DNA from: Promethearchaeia archaeon
Lineage (GTDB): Archaea; Asgardarchaeota; Lokiarchaeia; Sigyniarchaeales; SOKP01
NCBI GenBank assembly: GCA_046497275.1
Contig: JAWOFX010000032.1
Coordinates: 5,569 to 37,568 of the forward strand
Reading direction: 5' to 3'
Length of the DNA: 32,000 nucleotides
Positions within the stretch are counted from its first letter, which is position 1; each line of letters begins with the position of its first letter. Under the pieces are notes generated by a model that made no database searches, had not been told where the DNA came from, and saw only the letters and a program-made list of their open reading frames with translations. Shown here piece by piece: positions 9,078-19,920 of the stretch. Position numbers and translations under genes: made by a program.

Positions 9078-10580
9078 ATGAGTTTAAAAGCTAAAGAAAT
9101 TTTAAGTAATTTTCAGAAAGGACATATAGATCATGATTCTATGAAGAATTCATTAATCTTTTTGGTAGAACATTCAAATAATATTACTGATAGATTAGAA
9201 AGTATTAAAATTATCAATAATCTAAATATAAAAACTGAGAAGATTTTCCAGACTTTCGAAAATATTCTTATTTCTGATTCAAGCGAAAAGATTCGAATCG
9301 TTTGTGCAAAAGTTCTTAAAGATCTTTTTTTAGAGAAGGCCATAGAGCCCTTAAGTTGGGCTCTTCAAAATGAAAAATCATTAAATTGTATAATCGCACT
9401 TATTTCATCTTTAGGGGAAATTGATAATGAGAAATCAAAAAAAATTTTACTTGCAAAAATTTCTCAAATTGATGAGAAACAATATAAATATAATTTAAAA
9501 GAGATTCTCGAAAAAAAATCCTTTAAAAATTATACAAATGAAGAATTAGCTGACATTTTAATTAATTATTACATAATATCTACATTAAAATTAAAATTGG
9601 GATATTTGAAATTTATACCGAATGAAAAAGGAGAAATCGTAAAATTAGATATTTCTGGTATAGATAGTCAAGGTTTACGTTTTAAAAAAGTTTCCAATTC
9701 TTTACAACAAATTCTTTGTCTTCCCTTATTAAAAAGTCTTGATGTAAGTAATAATGATCTATTGCAATTACCAATTCAGTTTCCTCAACAAAATTATTTT
9801 GAAATATTAGATTTAAGTTACAATAGATTGCGTTCTTTACCTTCCTCTATAGAATACCTTAAAAATCTTAAAATCTTAGTATTAAAATCAAATAAACTTA
9901 AGAGATTACCAGAGACAATTGGATTTTTGAAATCTTTGAATAAATTAATTTTAAGAGATAATTTATTGAATTCTATACCTAAATCTATTGGAAATTTACA
10001 TAAGCTTGCATTTTTAGATATATATCACAATAAATTAAAAGAATTGCCCGAAACCTTTAATACGTTAATATCCCTCCGTCATGTAGAATTAGGTTGGAAT
10101 CAATTTGAAAAATTTCCTTCATCTCTTAGAAATATAACTAAGTTAGAAAAATTAAGTCTTCTTCGAAATAATATTTCCAGAATGCCCATATGGATTAAAG
10201 AATTAAGATATTTAAAATATTTAGAATTATGTGATAATCATCTGGAAGATTTACCTTATTCTGTTGGAAAATTAAACATATTAGAACATCTGAATCTTCG
10301 TAACAATAATATTACAAACCTCCCAAAGAGTATAAAAAATCTCAAAAAATTAAAAATCTTAAATTTAAGCTGGAATAGAATTAATATAATTCCTGAGTGG
10401 ATTTCTGATTTAGAATCTTTGGAAGAATTAAATTTATGGAGCAATAACATAAAAAGAATTCCAAAATCCTTGACTTCTTTACCTAATTTAAAAAAATTAT
10501 ATTTGAATTTTAATAACATTTCACCCATTCCAGATTTTCTTAAAGAATTGGAGCAAAAGGGAGTCCATATTAAAATATAG
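9078..10580 (+). CDS. HEAT-like N-terminal domain plus leucine-rich repeat protein (paralog 1)
   Basis: N-terminal LISDSSEKIR...ALQNEKSLNC motif shared with its paralogs; about 12 LxxLxLxxNxLxxLPxxI repeats. Confidence 0.9.
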   Translation: MSLKAKEILSNFQKGHIDHDSMKNSLIFLVEHSNNITDRLESIKIINNLNIKTEKIFQTFENILISDSSEKIRIVCAKVLKDLFLEKAIEPLSWALQNEKSLNCIIALISSLGEIDNEKSKKILLAKISQIDEKQYKYNLKEILEKKSFKNYTNEELADILINYYIISTLKLKLGYLKFIPNEKGEIVKLDISGIDSQGLRFKKVSNSLQQILCLPLLKSLDVSNNDLLQLPIQFPQQNYFEILDLSYNRLRSLPSSIEYLKNLKILVLKSNKLKRLPETIGFLKSLNKLILRDNLLNSIPKSIGNLHKLAFLDIYHNKLKELPETFNTLISLRHVELGWNQFEKFPSSLRNITKLEKLSLLRNNISRMPIWIKELRYLKYLELCDNHLEDLPYSVGKLNILEHLNLRNNNITNLPKSIKNLKKLKILNLSWNRINIIPEWISDLESLEELNLWSNNIKRIPKSLTSLPNLKKLYLNFNNISPIPDFLKELEQKGVHIKI

Positions 10581-10642
10581 TTTATCTTAGATAAAATGTA
10601 AATTTAAATTACTTTCAAAACTTAATACAAAGAGATTATAAT

Positions 10643-12142
10643 ATGGATTTAAAACCACATAAAATATTAGAAAATTATAATTCTGATATTATTAGCAAAT
10701 CCATTGCTGTTCAACAATTCACTTCTCTCATAGAGAATAGTGATAATCTAAACTATAGAATAGAAAGCCTTAAATTTCTAATTAAAATAGATGCTAAAAA
10801 TACTAAAATTTATGATCTAATTGAAAATTTATTAATATCTGACTCAAATGAGAAAATTAGATGTACGGCAGCAAAACTAATGAAAGATCATTTTTTAAAT
10901 AAAGCATTTAGCGCGATGAAATGGTCTCTTGAACATGAAACATCAATAAATTGTTTAATTACCATAATTAGGGCATTAGGTGATATAAATACCAAAGAAT
11001 CTCTTTCTCTTCTAAATAACGATCTTGAAAAAATTGAATATTCTTCATTTAAGAGTCATATAGATCAGGTTTTTAAAAAATACCCTCAAATGCACCAAGA
11101 TGCAAAAATATTAGCTGAGATTCTCAATAACTATTATGTTATTAAGTTTTTAGAAAATAAATTCGATAAAATAAGATATAAACTTAAGCGAGCTAAAGTT
11201 ATTGAACTCGATTTATCAAATATCGGTAGTCACGTGTTTGAATATAATGTTTTGAAATCTTTACCCGATTTCGTGTGCTCGTTAAAATCTTTAGAGAAAT
11301 TAGATCTCAAGTTTAATCGAATAAGGAAATGTCCAAATAGTATTGGAAATCTTAAGCTTTTGAAATCATTAGATATGAGTTACAATAAATGTAAAACAAT
11401 TTCTAAAAATATTGGAGAACTTTCTATATTAGAATTTCTAAATATCAAAAATAACAATTTAAAAGAATTACCTTCCTCTATTGGAAATTTATCAAATTTG
11501 AGAAGTTTAAATTTACGCTCTAATAAATTAATGCAATTACCATCCTCTATTGGTTCATTATTTAATTTAGAAGAATTAATTCTTCATGGAAATTTATTAA
11601 AGGATTTGCCAAAAAGTATGAGTAATTTAAAGAAAATTAAGATTTTAGAATTAGGTTCAAATAGATTCAGAAATCTCCCAGAATCATTAAAAAGATTGAG
11701 ATCTCTTAATATATTAGGTTTAGGGGGTAATAATTTAACCAAAATACCCAGATGGATCGGAAATCTAAATAATCTAAAGGAATTACATGTTTATGATAAT
11801 TTCCTAGAACAACTACCTGAGAGCCTGGGATCTCTTAGTTCCTTAGAGGAATTAACTTTATGGAATAATAATTTGGAAACACTCCCGAGATCTTTTACAA
11901 AATTCTCATCATTAAAGCGATTAAACTTGAGTTGGAATAATTTACAGAAATTACCTGAATGTATCGAAAAAATAAAATCATTGGAAATATTAAGTTTATG
12001 GGGTAATAATCTAAAAGAAATTCCGGCATCAATAGAAAATTTGGAGAATCTTAGAATTTTAGATCTGAATTTTAATAAAAATATTAAATTACCTACAAAT
12101 TTGGCTGATTTAGAAAGAAACGGTTTAATAATCTACAAATAG
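10643..12142 (+). CDS. HEAT-like N-terminal domain plus leucine-rich repeat protein (paralog 2)
   Basis: LISDSNEKIR...KWSLEHETSINC, followed by regular 23-aa LRRs such as LPSSIGNLSNLRSLNLRSNKL. Confidence 0.9.
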   Translation: MDLKPHKILENYNSDIISKSIAVQQFTSLIENSDNLNYRIESLKFLIKIDAKNTKIYDLIENLLISDSNEKIRCTAAKLMKDHFLNKAFSAMKWSLEHETSINCLITIIRALGDINTKESLSLLNNDLEKIEYSSFKSHIDQVFKKYPQMHQDAKILAEILNNYYVIKFLENKFDKIRYKLKRAKVIELDLSNIGSHVFEYNVLKSLPDFVCSLKSLEKLDLKFNRIRKCPNSIGNLKLLKSLDMSYNKCKTISKNIGELSILEFLNIKNNNLKELPSSIGNLSNLRSLNLRSNKLMQLPSSIGSLFNLEELILHGNLLKDLPKSMSNLKKIKILELGSNRFRNLPESLKRLRSLNILGLGGNNLTKIPRWIGNLNNLKELHVYDNFLEQLPESLGSLSSLEELTLWNNNLETLPRSFTKFSSLKRLNLSWNNLQKLPECIEKIKSLEILSLWGNNLKEIPASIENLENLRILDLNFNKNIKLPTNLADLERNGLIIYK

Positions 12143-12157
12143 AGTGAAGATAATTTT

Positions 12158-13516
12158 ATGGAAAACAAAATTTTTGAAATTTATCAAAAATATAAGAAAA
12201 ATATTTTAGATAAAAATGGAGCTGTAGATAGAATAATATCTCTTATTGAAAATATCCAAAAACATAATGAGAGATATGAAGCTTTAAGGGTTCTTGAGAA
12301 AATAAACTTAAAAGATGAACACATCTTTCCTTTTTTAGAAAGTCTTTTTCTCTCTGATTCGAATGAGAAAATAAGAATTATTGCTGCAAAAATTATAAGA
12401 AAAGATTACATAGATTTAGCATATAATCCTATGAAATGGGCATTAAATCATGAAACCTCTCCCGAATGTTTAAAAGAAATACATGAAACCTTAATGCAAA
12501 TTTTATCTGAAATCAAAAATGATGATAACATTGATTATAGAAAATTTTTAATTGAAGAAATAAGTGATATTAAAGATAAAGAATTTAGAGTAGGCTTTGA
12601 GATTTTAAAAGAAAATAAAGAAATAGACACATTAAAAAAAGATATTTTAATTAAAATTTTAGTAAATTATTATACATTAGTATATTTAGAAAAAGTTTAT
12701 TGGCGTGTAAAATATTCTCTCAATAATTTAGAAATTGTTAAATTAGATTTCATTTTCAAGGGATTGAATTCTATTCCAAATGCTTTGAAATATTTAACTT
12801 CTATAAGTTCACTTATATTTAGATATAATCAAATAACTTCAATTCCGGAATGGATTGGGAGATTAAAGCTCCTTAAAACCCTAAATCTTAATGTTAATGA
12901 ACTTCATTCTCTCCCCGAATCCATAGGTCAATTAAAAGCATTAAAAGAATTTTATTTATGGAAAAATAATCTTGAAAGACTCCCAAATTCACTTGGAGAT
13001 TTGGAATATTTAGAAATATTAAATTTAAGATTAAACTATTTAAGTTATCTTCCTTTTTCGATTGGGAAAATGAAATCTTTAAAAGATCTAAATCTCCACG
13101 ATAATAAATTAACTGCTTTACCTCCCACAATTGGAAATTTAAATTCTTTACAAAAGCTAAATCTTAGTTGGAATATGTTAAAAGGACTTCCGGAGACGAT
13201 TGGAAGTCTTTTTTCACTAGAAACACTTGATATAGGAAGAAACGAGTTGAAAGTATTACCTGAAACAATCGGTAATCTGAATAAATTAAACACTCTAATT
13301 CTGAGCGAAAATCAATTGAAACATCTACCTAATAAAATTGTAGAACTTAAAAATCTAAAGCATTTAAATGTAGCTAGAAATCGTTTAGTTTCTCTACCTG
13401 AAGGATTAGATTCTATGCCAAAATTGGAAGAATTATATATAAGTGAAAATAGTATAGATTCTTTTTCTTCACTTATTACAAAGTTAGAACGTAATGGGGT
13501 TAAGATTTTCTTATAA
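12158..13516 (+). CDS. HEAT-like N-terminal domain plus leucine-rich repeat protein (paralog 3)
   Basis: FLSDSNEKIR...KWALNHETSPEC, followed by regular 23-aa LRRs such as LPETIGNLNKLNTLILSENQL. Confidence 0.9.
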   Translation: MENKIFEIYQKYKKNILDKNGAVDRIISLIENIQKHNERYEALRVLEKINLKDEHIFPFLESLFLSDSNEKIRIIAAKIIRKDYIDLAYNPMKWALNHETSPECLKEIHETLMQILSEIKNDDNIDYRKFLIEEISDIKDKEFRVGFEILKENKEIDTLKKDILIKILVNYYTLVYLEKVYWRVKYSLNNLEIVKLDFIFKGLNSIPNALKYLTSISSLIFRYNQITSIPEWIGRLKLLKTLNLNVNELHSLPESIGQLKALKEFYLWKNNLERLPNSLGDLEYLEILNLRLNYLSYLPFSIGKMKSLKDLNLHDNKLTALPPTIGNLNSLQKLNLSWNMLKGLPETIGSLFSLETLDIGRNELKVLPETIGNLNKLNTLILSENQLKHLPNKIVELKNLKHLNVARNRLVSLPEGLDSMPKLEELYISENSIDSFSSLITKLERNGVKIFL

Positions 13517-13540
13517 CAATAAATTCGGAATTATCGTTTT

Positions 13541-15298
13541 CTATTGTGTTTTATATAATTGTACAATCTCATCTATAGTTGTTACATCTCTTGATCCTTT
13601 ATCTTCTCTAAATCTTTGGAATACAGGGAATCTCATAGAATATCCTAAGGATGAAAACTTTTCGCTGATAGTAATCTCATCACCAATTATTTCAATAACT
13701 ATTTCTGGGCTCAACCAAGTGTCTGGATTATCTCCACAAATTACATTTTTTGGTTTATTTGATAATTCATATTGTTTAACTTCATCCATAAGATTAGTCA
13801 TAATCTCATCAGTCCATCCAGAAGCTATTCTTGTGAATGCTAAAAATTGATCTTTTTTTGGGTCATAGACAGCACCTATGTAGGTTCCATAGACTCCACT
13901 TCTCCTTCCCCTTCCAAAAAATGCTCCAACTAAGACAACATCAATAGTATCTTTTAATTTTCCTCCTTCTATTCCTTTTAATTTGATCCATAAAAACCCT
14001 CTATTTCCCGCTTGGTATATAGAATCTTTGTTAATGGATTTGGCTATAATTCCTTCAGTTCCTTGATCTCGTGCCTCATTAAAAAAGCCTAATAATTCTT
14101 CCGTTGAATTAATCAATTTGGATTTAACTAACTTTAATTCATCTCGTGGGATAATAATCTCTTCCAATTTTTCCCTTCTTTCTGGAAGAATTTCATTAAT
14201 ATATTCTTTTTCTTCATATTTAAGTAGATCAAATATAAATAAACATACTGGGACTTCTTTTATAGTTTCTTCCACATCATATTTTCTCCTACGTTTACTT
14301 AATACTTGAAAAGGAAGCATTTTTTCGTAAAAAACATCCACCGCAACAACCTCACCTTCAATAATAACATTCTCTGCTTTGATATTACTTCTTATGATTT
14401 GACAAACATCAGGATACTGTTCAGTTATATCTAATAATCTTCTGGAAAATAAAGTGATATTATCACCTTGTTTATGAATTTGAAGTCTTTCACCATCTAA
14501 TTTGTATTCTCCTATGAAGGGGGTCCCTAATTTTTTAATTATATCTGTATAAGGAACTCGAGAAGCTAACATCATTCTAATAGGAATACCATACGTAATT
14601 TTAATCTTCTTTACAGCTTCCAATCCTCTTTCGGCTAAAATTTTTGTGATATCCCCTAGATCTGGATGTAAATTATAGGAATATTCAATAATATCTCTAT
14701 TATCTTTCTTTCCGGTAAAACCAAGAGAAAGACCGTCGATGATTGTTTGAGTTGATACTCCAACTCGTAATGTAGAAGTAATTATTCTTAAGAGATATTT
14801 TGTTTCCAGAGGACTAATCTTACTTATCAATCCTCTCAAAATACCCAATTTGGTATCATGTGACCCAGATCCTTCTGTAATAGCTATTTTTTTTAGTTCA
14901 GAATATAATTCAGATATTTCTAGTGAATGATTATCATTATTTTGTTGAGTATGAAAATCAAATAAAGATCTTTGCTTTTTATTTGAAGAGAGTATAGTTT
15001 CAGCCGTAAGACCAATATCTCCTTTTTTGATAAGAATATTTTTAATCTTTTTTGCAGCAATTCCAGAATGAATAGATAAAGCCTCAATAATCATTTTTTC
15101 AGCAATTCCCATTTTCGGGAATTGTTTTATATTAGACACTAAATGACCTTGTAGAAGATATATAATCTTCTCTAAATCTTGGAAATCTTCGCTTTCCTTC
15201 AATCTCTGAAAGAAATTAGCGAGGATATCCGTCATTTCAAGACGTTTAGTCGTGTTTTCTAAATTATCAAATAGTTGTGCTAGCTGTTTGAACTTCAT
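13541..15298 (-). CDS. lig: ATP-dependent DNA ligase (archaeal LigI type)
   Basis: Adenylation motif EYKLDGER, plus EGEVV, FIFDLL, EGIIAK, WIKLK, FFGRGRRSG and MRFPVF..FREDK. Confidence 0.97.
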   Translation of the reverse strand: MKFKQLAQLFDNLENTTKRLEMTDILANFFQRLKESEDFQDLEKIIYLLQGHLVSNIKQFPKMGIAEKMIIEALSIHSGIAAKKIKNILIKKGDIGLTAETILSSNKKQRSLFDFHTQQNNDNHSLEISELYSELKKIAITEGSGSHDTKLGILRGLISKISPLETKYLLRIITSTLRVGVSTQTIIDGLSLGFTGKKDNRDIIEYSYNLHPDLGDITKILAERGLEAVKKIKITYGIPIRMMLASRVPYTDIIKKLGTPFIGEYKLDGERLQIHKQGDNITLFSRRLLDITEQYPDVCQIIRSNIKAENVIIEGEVVAVDVFYEKMLPFQVLSKRRRKYDVEETIKEVPVCLFIFDLLKYEEKEYINEILPERREKLEEIIIPRDELKLVKSKLINSTEELLGFFNEARDQGTEGIIAKSINKDSIYQAGNRGFLWIKLKGIEGGKLKDTIDVVLVGAFFGRGRRSGVYGTYIGAVYDPKKDQFLAFTRIASGWTDEIMTNLMDEVKQYELSNKPKNVICGDNPDTWLSPEIVIEIIGDEITISEKFSSLGYSMRFPVFQRFREDKGSRDVTTIDEIVQLYKTQ

Positions 15299-15403
15299 AT
15301 CTCTCTATTTGAATTTATTAAATAAAACTATAAAATCTTATCTAAATTTATATGAAATTCCTAAATTCCTTGCTATTAAAATGTAAAAAAAATAATGAAT
15401 AAA

Positions 15404-16225
15404 TTATTTTAAGAGTTTATTAAGCTCCACAAATTTTTTCTGAATTTCTGTTTTAATATTTTTTGAAACTCCTGAGAATGAACTAGAGCTAAATTTTAAA
15501 TTTCCATCATAAATAGAAAAAGTACATATCGGTCCATCCATCATTTCAACAGAATATGTTTCATCATCTTTCCTGGATATCCATATATCATCATAATGGT
15601 CTAAAATAGATATGAACACAAATGCAACTTTTGCTTCAGTTGTTAGATCTTGTGTCTTTTCCTTTTCCTCTTCTATTTTAGGTGCGGTTGCAGTTTTGGG
15701 AGAAGGTTTTGGTTTAGTTTCTGTTTCTATTTTTGGTTGGGGCTTTGGTTGAGGGGTAATTTTCGGTTTAGGTTCCGTTTTTAATTCTGGTTTAGGCTCT
15801 GGTTTAGTTTCTGGTTTAGGTATTGGTTTCGCAACGGCGGGTGCTCGTGCTTCCATATCAAAAGTGATTGCAAAATTATTTAACTCCTTATACTCTCTAT
15901 TCAAAATCGCTTGAAGTTCTTCATTCATTTCCGTTTCCTCTTGAACTCTTCCCACTTTGCGTGCATCAATCTCTTTTAATTGTTTAACATCTCTGCCGAT
16001 AATACTTTTCCCAATACTATATCCGTGTCCTTTAAGAGATTCTGCTTGTCTTAAAGCAGTTCGTCTAGCAACCAATCCCTGTTTTTGACCGTGCCATAGA
16101 TATATTGACATTGATGATTCATCAAGAATTATAACAGATCTATCAGGTTGGAGTTGATCTTTACTCCATTTAATTGGATCGAGAACTCCACCTTCGAGAC
16201 AATTGAACATTATAGCGTAATCCAT
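15404..16225 (-). CDS. Single gelsolin-repeat protein with Pro/Lys/Glu-rich linker and an uncharacterised C-terminal domain
   Basis: The N-terminal KDQLQPDRSVIILDESSMSIYLWHGQKQGLVARRTALRQAESL fits the gelsolin-repeat pattern (L....v.ilD....iy.W.G......r..A...A). Confidence 0.72.
   Translation of the reverse strand: MDYAIMFNCLEGGVLDPIKWSKDQLQPDRSVIILDESSMSIYLWHGQKQGLVARRTALRQAESLKGHGYSIGKSIIGRDVKQLKEIDARKVGRVQEETEMNEELQAILNREYKELNNFAITFDMEARAPAVAKPIPKPETKPEPKPELKTEPKPKITPQPKPQPKIETETKPKPSPKTATAPKIEEEKEKTQDLTTEAKVAFVFISILDHYDDIWISRKDDETYSVEMMDGPICTFSIYDGNLKFSSSSFSGVSKNIKTEIQKKFVELNKLLK
15695..15829 (-). repeat. Low-complexity coding repeat encoding a (K/E)P-rich linker
   Basis: Translates to KPIPKPETKPEPKPELKTEPKPKITPQPKPQPKIETETKPKPSPK; degenerate tggtttagg/tggtttagtttc units on the + strand. 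Confidence 0.75.
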
Positions 16226-16415
16226 TTTTTATTCCTTCTTTACTGTATAATGGTATAAAATTAAATTAAACTTGAAGATATTTATAATTTAAATAAAAAT
16301 GAACTAATTTAAGTTTTTTTAGCAAGAAAATGCATAGTAATCAAAAATTTCAAAACTCTTGAATTCTTTAAATACTTTATAAAATTACGTAATCATAAAT
16401 AAAAGGTTAAATATT

Positions 16416-17405
16416 TTGACTAAATCAGATAAACAATTAAAATTAACAATCCCAAAAGGCAGTTTGCAAGATATTGTCACCTCATTTTTTGAACAAGCTG
16501 GTCTAAAATTAAGATTTTCTTCAGATAGAGATTATAGACCTTCCATCAATGATCCTGAATTATATGTGAAATTATTACGTCCTCAAGAAATTCCAAATTA
16601 TCTTATAGGTGAGGATGAATTTGATTTAGGAATAAGTGGGAAGGATTGGGTAAAGGAAACTAATGCTGATGTTGAAATTATATTAGATTTAGAAATTGGG
16701 GACGTAAAGATTGTGTTTTGTGTTCCAAATACTTGGGAAGATGTTAAATCCATCGATGATATATTAAAACAACTCTATCGGGAAGATAAATCATTTCGAA
16801 TCTCTACAGAATATTTAACGCTCTCTTTGAATTATTTGAAGAATAATAAAACATATAAAGAATTATATGGAGATAAAATTCCTCTGGTAATCACTCCTTG
16901 GAGAACATGGGGGGAGAATGAAAAAGTCAAGATATTTTTATCATTTGGCGCCACAGAAGCGAAACCACCAGAAGAAGTGGATGCAATTATTGATAATACA
17001 CAAACAGGCTCAACTTTGCGGGCGAACAGTCTGAGAATTGTTGATGTGATAGATACCTCAACCGCTCTCTTAATTGCAAACAAAAATGCTTTAGAGGATG
17101 AGTGGAAACATGAGAAAATCAAAGATTTGAAAGTTTTATTAATGGGAGTTATCGAAGCTTCCAAAAAACTTCATATTTTTATGAATGTGAAAAAACAGAA
17201 TTTGGAAAAAATCTTATCAAAATTGCCAGCTCTAAAACGTCCCACAGTCTCAGAATTAGCAGGTGATAAAGATGGATGGTGTGCGATTAATACTATTATC
17301 AAAAAAGAGGAGTTTATTAATTTAATTCCTTTATTAAGGAAATATGCACAAGGTTTGGTAGTTCATGAGCCAAGACAAATTTTACCATTAGAAAAAATAA
17401 AATAG
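16416..17405 (+). CDS. hisG: ATP phosphoribosyltransferase, long form
   Basis: IPKGSL, LLRPQEIP, DLGISGKDW, SFGATEAKPP, DAIIDNTQTGSTLRANSL, and a C-terminal regulatory domain (LPALKRPTVSEL). Confidence 0.96.
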   Translation: MTKSDKQLKLTIPKGSLQDIVTSFFEQAGLKLRFSSDRDYRPSINDPELYVKLLRPQEIPNYLIGEDEFDLGISGKDWVKETNADVEIILDLEIGDVKIVFCVPNTWEDVKSIDDILKQLYREDKSFRISTEYLTLSLNYLKNNKTYKELYGDKIPLVITPWRTWGENEKVKIFLSFGATEAKPPEEVDAIIDNTQTGSTLRANSLRIVDVIDTSTALLIANKNALEDEWKHEKIKDLKVLLMGVIEASKKLHIFMNVKKQNLEKILSKLPALKRPTVSELAGDKDGWCAINTIIKKEEFINLIPLLRKYAQGLVVHEPRQILPLEKIK

Positions 17406-17416
17406 AAATAATGTGA

Positions 17417-18727
17417 ATGGTTTTAATGGCAACTATTAGAAAAATAAATTCAAAAGACATAACTAAGGATAATATCCAAGATTTTATAATTAGAAAATCA
17501 TTAAAACTGAAAGATATTCAATATGATGTTATGCAAATTATAAATGAAGTAATCATTAACGGTGATCAAGCTCTTGTTAGATATACAAAACAATTTGATA
17601 AAATATCATTAGACAAAGAAAATATAAAGATAACGACAAAAGAAATTCAAGAAGCATATGAAAAAATTGATGAAAGCCTTCTGGATGCGCTCAGATTTGC
17701 CAAAAAAAATCTAATTAAATTCCATGAAGCTCAAGTACATGAAGAATGGTTTATTGAGATTGTTGAAGGAGTAAAAGCTGGGCAGATAAAACGCCCTATA
17801 GAATCTGTTGGATTATATATACCAGCTGGGAAAGCTATATATCCGAGCACTGTATTAATGGCAGCAGCACCAGCAAGGGTTGCAGGAGTAAAGGATATAA
17901 TTCTATGTTCACCACCACAAAACAATGGAACAATCGCTCCAGAAATAATTGTAGCTGCAAAAGAATTTGGAATCGAGAAGATGTATAAGGTTGGAGGAGT
18001 TCAAGCCATCGCAGCTATGGCATACGGTACAGAAACAATTCCAAAGGTTTTAAAGGTTGTAGGTCCTGGCAATAAATGGGTAAATGCTGCCAAACAGTTA
18101 CTCTCAAATGTTATAGCTATAGACAGCCCTGCGGGACCATCGGAAATTTTAATTATAGCAGACGATTCAGCTAATTATGAATACATTATAGTTGATTTTA
18201 TCTCTCAACTGGAACATGATCCTGATAATATGGCTATATTTGTAACTAATTCTGAGGATCTAATGAAAAAAATAACTCAAAATTTGGAATATTTCGTAAA
18301 AAACTCCCAAAGGAAAGAAATCATTCAATCGGCGTTCCAAAATTCTCTATTAATAATCGCAGATGATATGATGGAATGCATTCGAATAAGTAATATTATT
18401 GCTCCAGAGCATCTTGAAATTCTCACAGAAAATCCTAAAAAAATATTAAATAATATCAATAATGCTGGAGCTATTTTCCTAGGTCCTTATTCACCTGTTC
18501 CTTTAGGAGACTATTCTGCGGGAACTAATCATATACTTCCTACGGGAGGATATGCTAAAACCTATTCTGGACTTAATATATTAGATTTCATCAAATTAAT
18601 GGATGTATTAGAATGTACAAAAAATGGGTTAAAAAATTTGAGCAGTTCAGCATTAACAATTGCTCAGTTTGAAAATTTATTTGCTCATCGGGAATCTATT
18701 AGAAAACGATTGGAAGATAAATCTTAA
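17417..18727 (+). CDS. hisD: Histidinol dehydrogenase
   Basis: VGLYIPAG, GGVQAIAAMAYG, GPGNKWV, IDSPAGPSE, QLEHDP, APEHLE, GDYSAGTNHILPT. Confidence 0.97.
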   Translation: MVLMATIRKINSKDITKDNIQDFIIRKSLKLKDIQYDVMQIINEVIINGDQALVRYTKQFDKISLDKENIKITTKEIQEAYEKIDESLLDALRFAKKNLIKFHEAQVHEEWFIEIVEGVKAGQIKRPIESVGLYIPAGKAIYPSTVLMAAAPARVAGVKDIILCSPPQNNGTIAPEIIVAAKEFGIEKMYKVGGVQAIAAMAYGTETIPKVLKVVGPGNKWVNAAKQLLSNVIAIDSPAGPSEILIIADDSANYEYIIVDFISQLEHDPDNMAIFVTNSEDLMKKITQNLEYFVKNSQRKEIIQSAFQNSLLIIADDMMECIRISNIIAPEHLEILTENPKKILNNINNAGAIFLGPYSPVPLGDYSAGTNHILPTGGYAKTYSGLNILDFIKLMDVLECTKNGLKNLSSSALTIAQFENLFAHRESIRKRLEDKS

Positions 18728-18774
18728 AACGATGTTTATTTAATTTTTACTAACTTTTATTATATGATATTGAA

Positions 18775-19851
18775 ATGGATTTACAAAAATTAATTAGAAC
18801 TCATCTTAAAGATTTTGAAGCATATGAACCCGGTGAACAACCCAGAAGCGGAGGATGGGTGAAATTAAATACTAATGAAAATCCCTATCCTCCAATACCA
18901 GAAATACTAAATGATATTAAAAATGCTGTTGGTGATAGAATTAAGTTATATCCAGATCCATTAGCTATCGAACTTAGAAAGAAATTTGTTAATTTATATC
19001 TAAAAGATTATGATACGGTAGATGATATCGATAATATTTTTGTTGGAAATGGAACTGATGATATATTAGAAGTTATCTTTAAATTATTCATTGAACCAGG
19101 TGATAATGTTATTTATTTCGATCCCTCCTATGGAATGTATAAAACTTTAACACAACTTTATGGAGGAAATTGTATTGAGGTTCCATTAGGTAAAAATTTC
19201 TCTTTTCCAGATGATGCGTTCAAAGTTAAAGGAAAATTATTTATAATTAACTCTCCAAACAACCCAACAGGTCAATCATTTAATAATCATTCAATTCAAA
19301 AAACTTGTGAATCTTTCCCGGGAATTGTTGTCGTCGATGAGACATATGCAGACTTTAGCGAAAAAACAGTATTAACCCTATTAAATAATGTAAATAACCT
19401 TATACTAACTCGAAGTTTTTCAAAAAGTTTCTCACTTGCTTCATTAAGAATAGGCTTGGCTATAGCTAATAAAAAACTTATTTCCTTAATGAATCGTGTT
19501 AAATTACCTTATAACGTGAATTATTTAGCCCAAATTGCTGCCATCTCATGTATTGAAAATAAAGAGAAAGTTTTTAGAAATAATGAAAAAATCATTTCTG
19601 AGAGAAAAAGACTCAGAAAAATACTAAATAAATATCCCAAAATTTCAGTGTTTCCTTCCGATTCCAATTTTGTATTAATTAAATTTGAAGATAAATCATC
19701 CGCAATTAAAATTTTTGAAAATTTAAAACAAAAAAAAATACTAGTCCGTTATTTTGATAAACCTTCGTTAGCTGAATATATTAGAATATCCATTGGAACG
19801 AAAGAGCAAAATAATAAATTTTTATGTGAATTTGAAAACTTTGTTAAATAA
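18775..19851 (+). CDS. hisC: Histidinol-phosphate aminotransferase
   Basis: KLNTNENPY, YPDP, GNGTDD, SPNNPTG, VDETYADF and the PLP-lysine motif RSFSKSFSLASLRIG; third gene of the his cluster. Confidence 0.95.
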   Translation: MDLQKLIRTHLKDFEAYEPGEQPRSGGWVKLNTNENPYPPIPEILNDIKNAVGDRIKLYPDPLAIELRKKFVNLYLKDYDTVDDIDNIFVGNGTDDILEVIFKLFIEPGDNVIYFDPSYGMYKTLTQLYGGNCIEVPLGKNFSFPDDAFKVKGKLFIINSPNNPTGQSFNNHSIQKTCESFPGIVVVDETYADFSEKTVLTLLNNVNNLILTRSFSKSFSLASLRIGLAIANKKLISLMNRVKLPYNVNYLAQIAAISCIENKEKVFRNNEKIISERKRLRKILNKYPKISVFPSDSNFVLIKFEDKSSAIKIFENLKQKKILVRYFDKPSLAEYIRISIGTKEQNNKFLCEFENFVK

Positions 19852-19920
19852 AAATTTGTAAAACTTATAAAAAAATATTTATAAAATTCCACTATTATTT
19901 TTTTATAGAGAAATTTTTCA

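Noticed and set aside
9700-13480. Periodic DNA similarity that might suggest a CRISPR array or tandem repeat
   Set aside because: The periodicity is the 69-bp LRR coding unit with degenerate codons; no identical repeats with unique spacers were seen.
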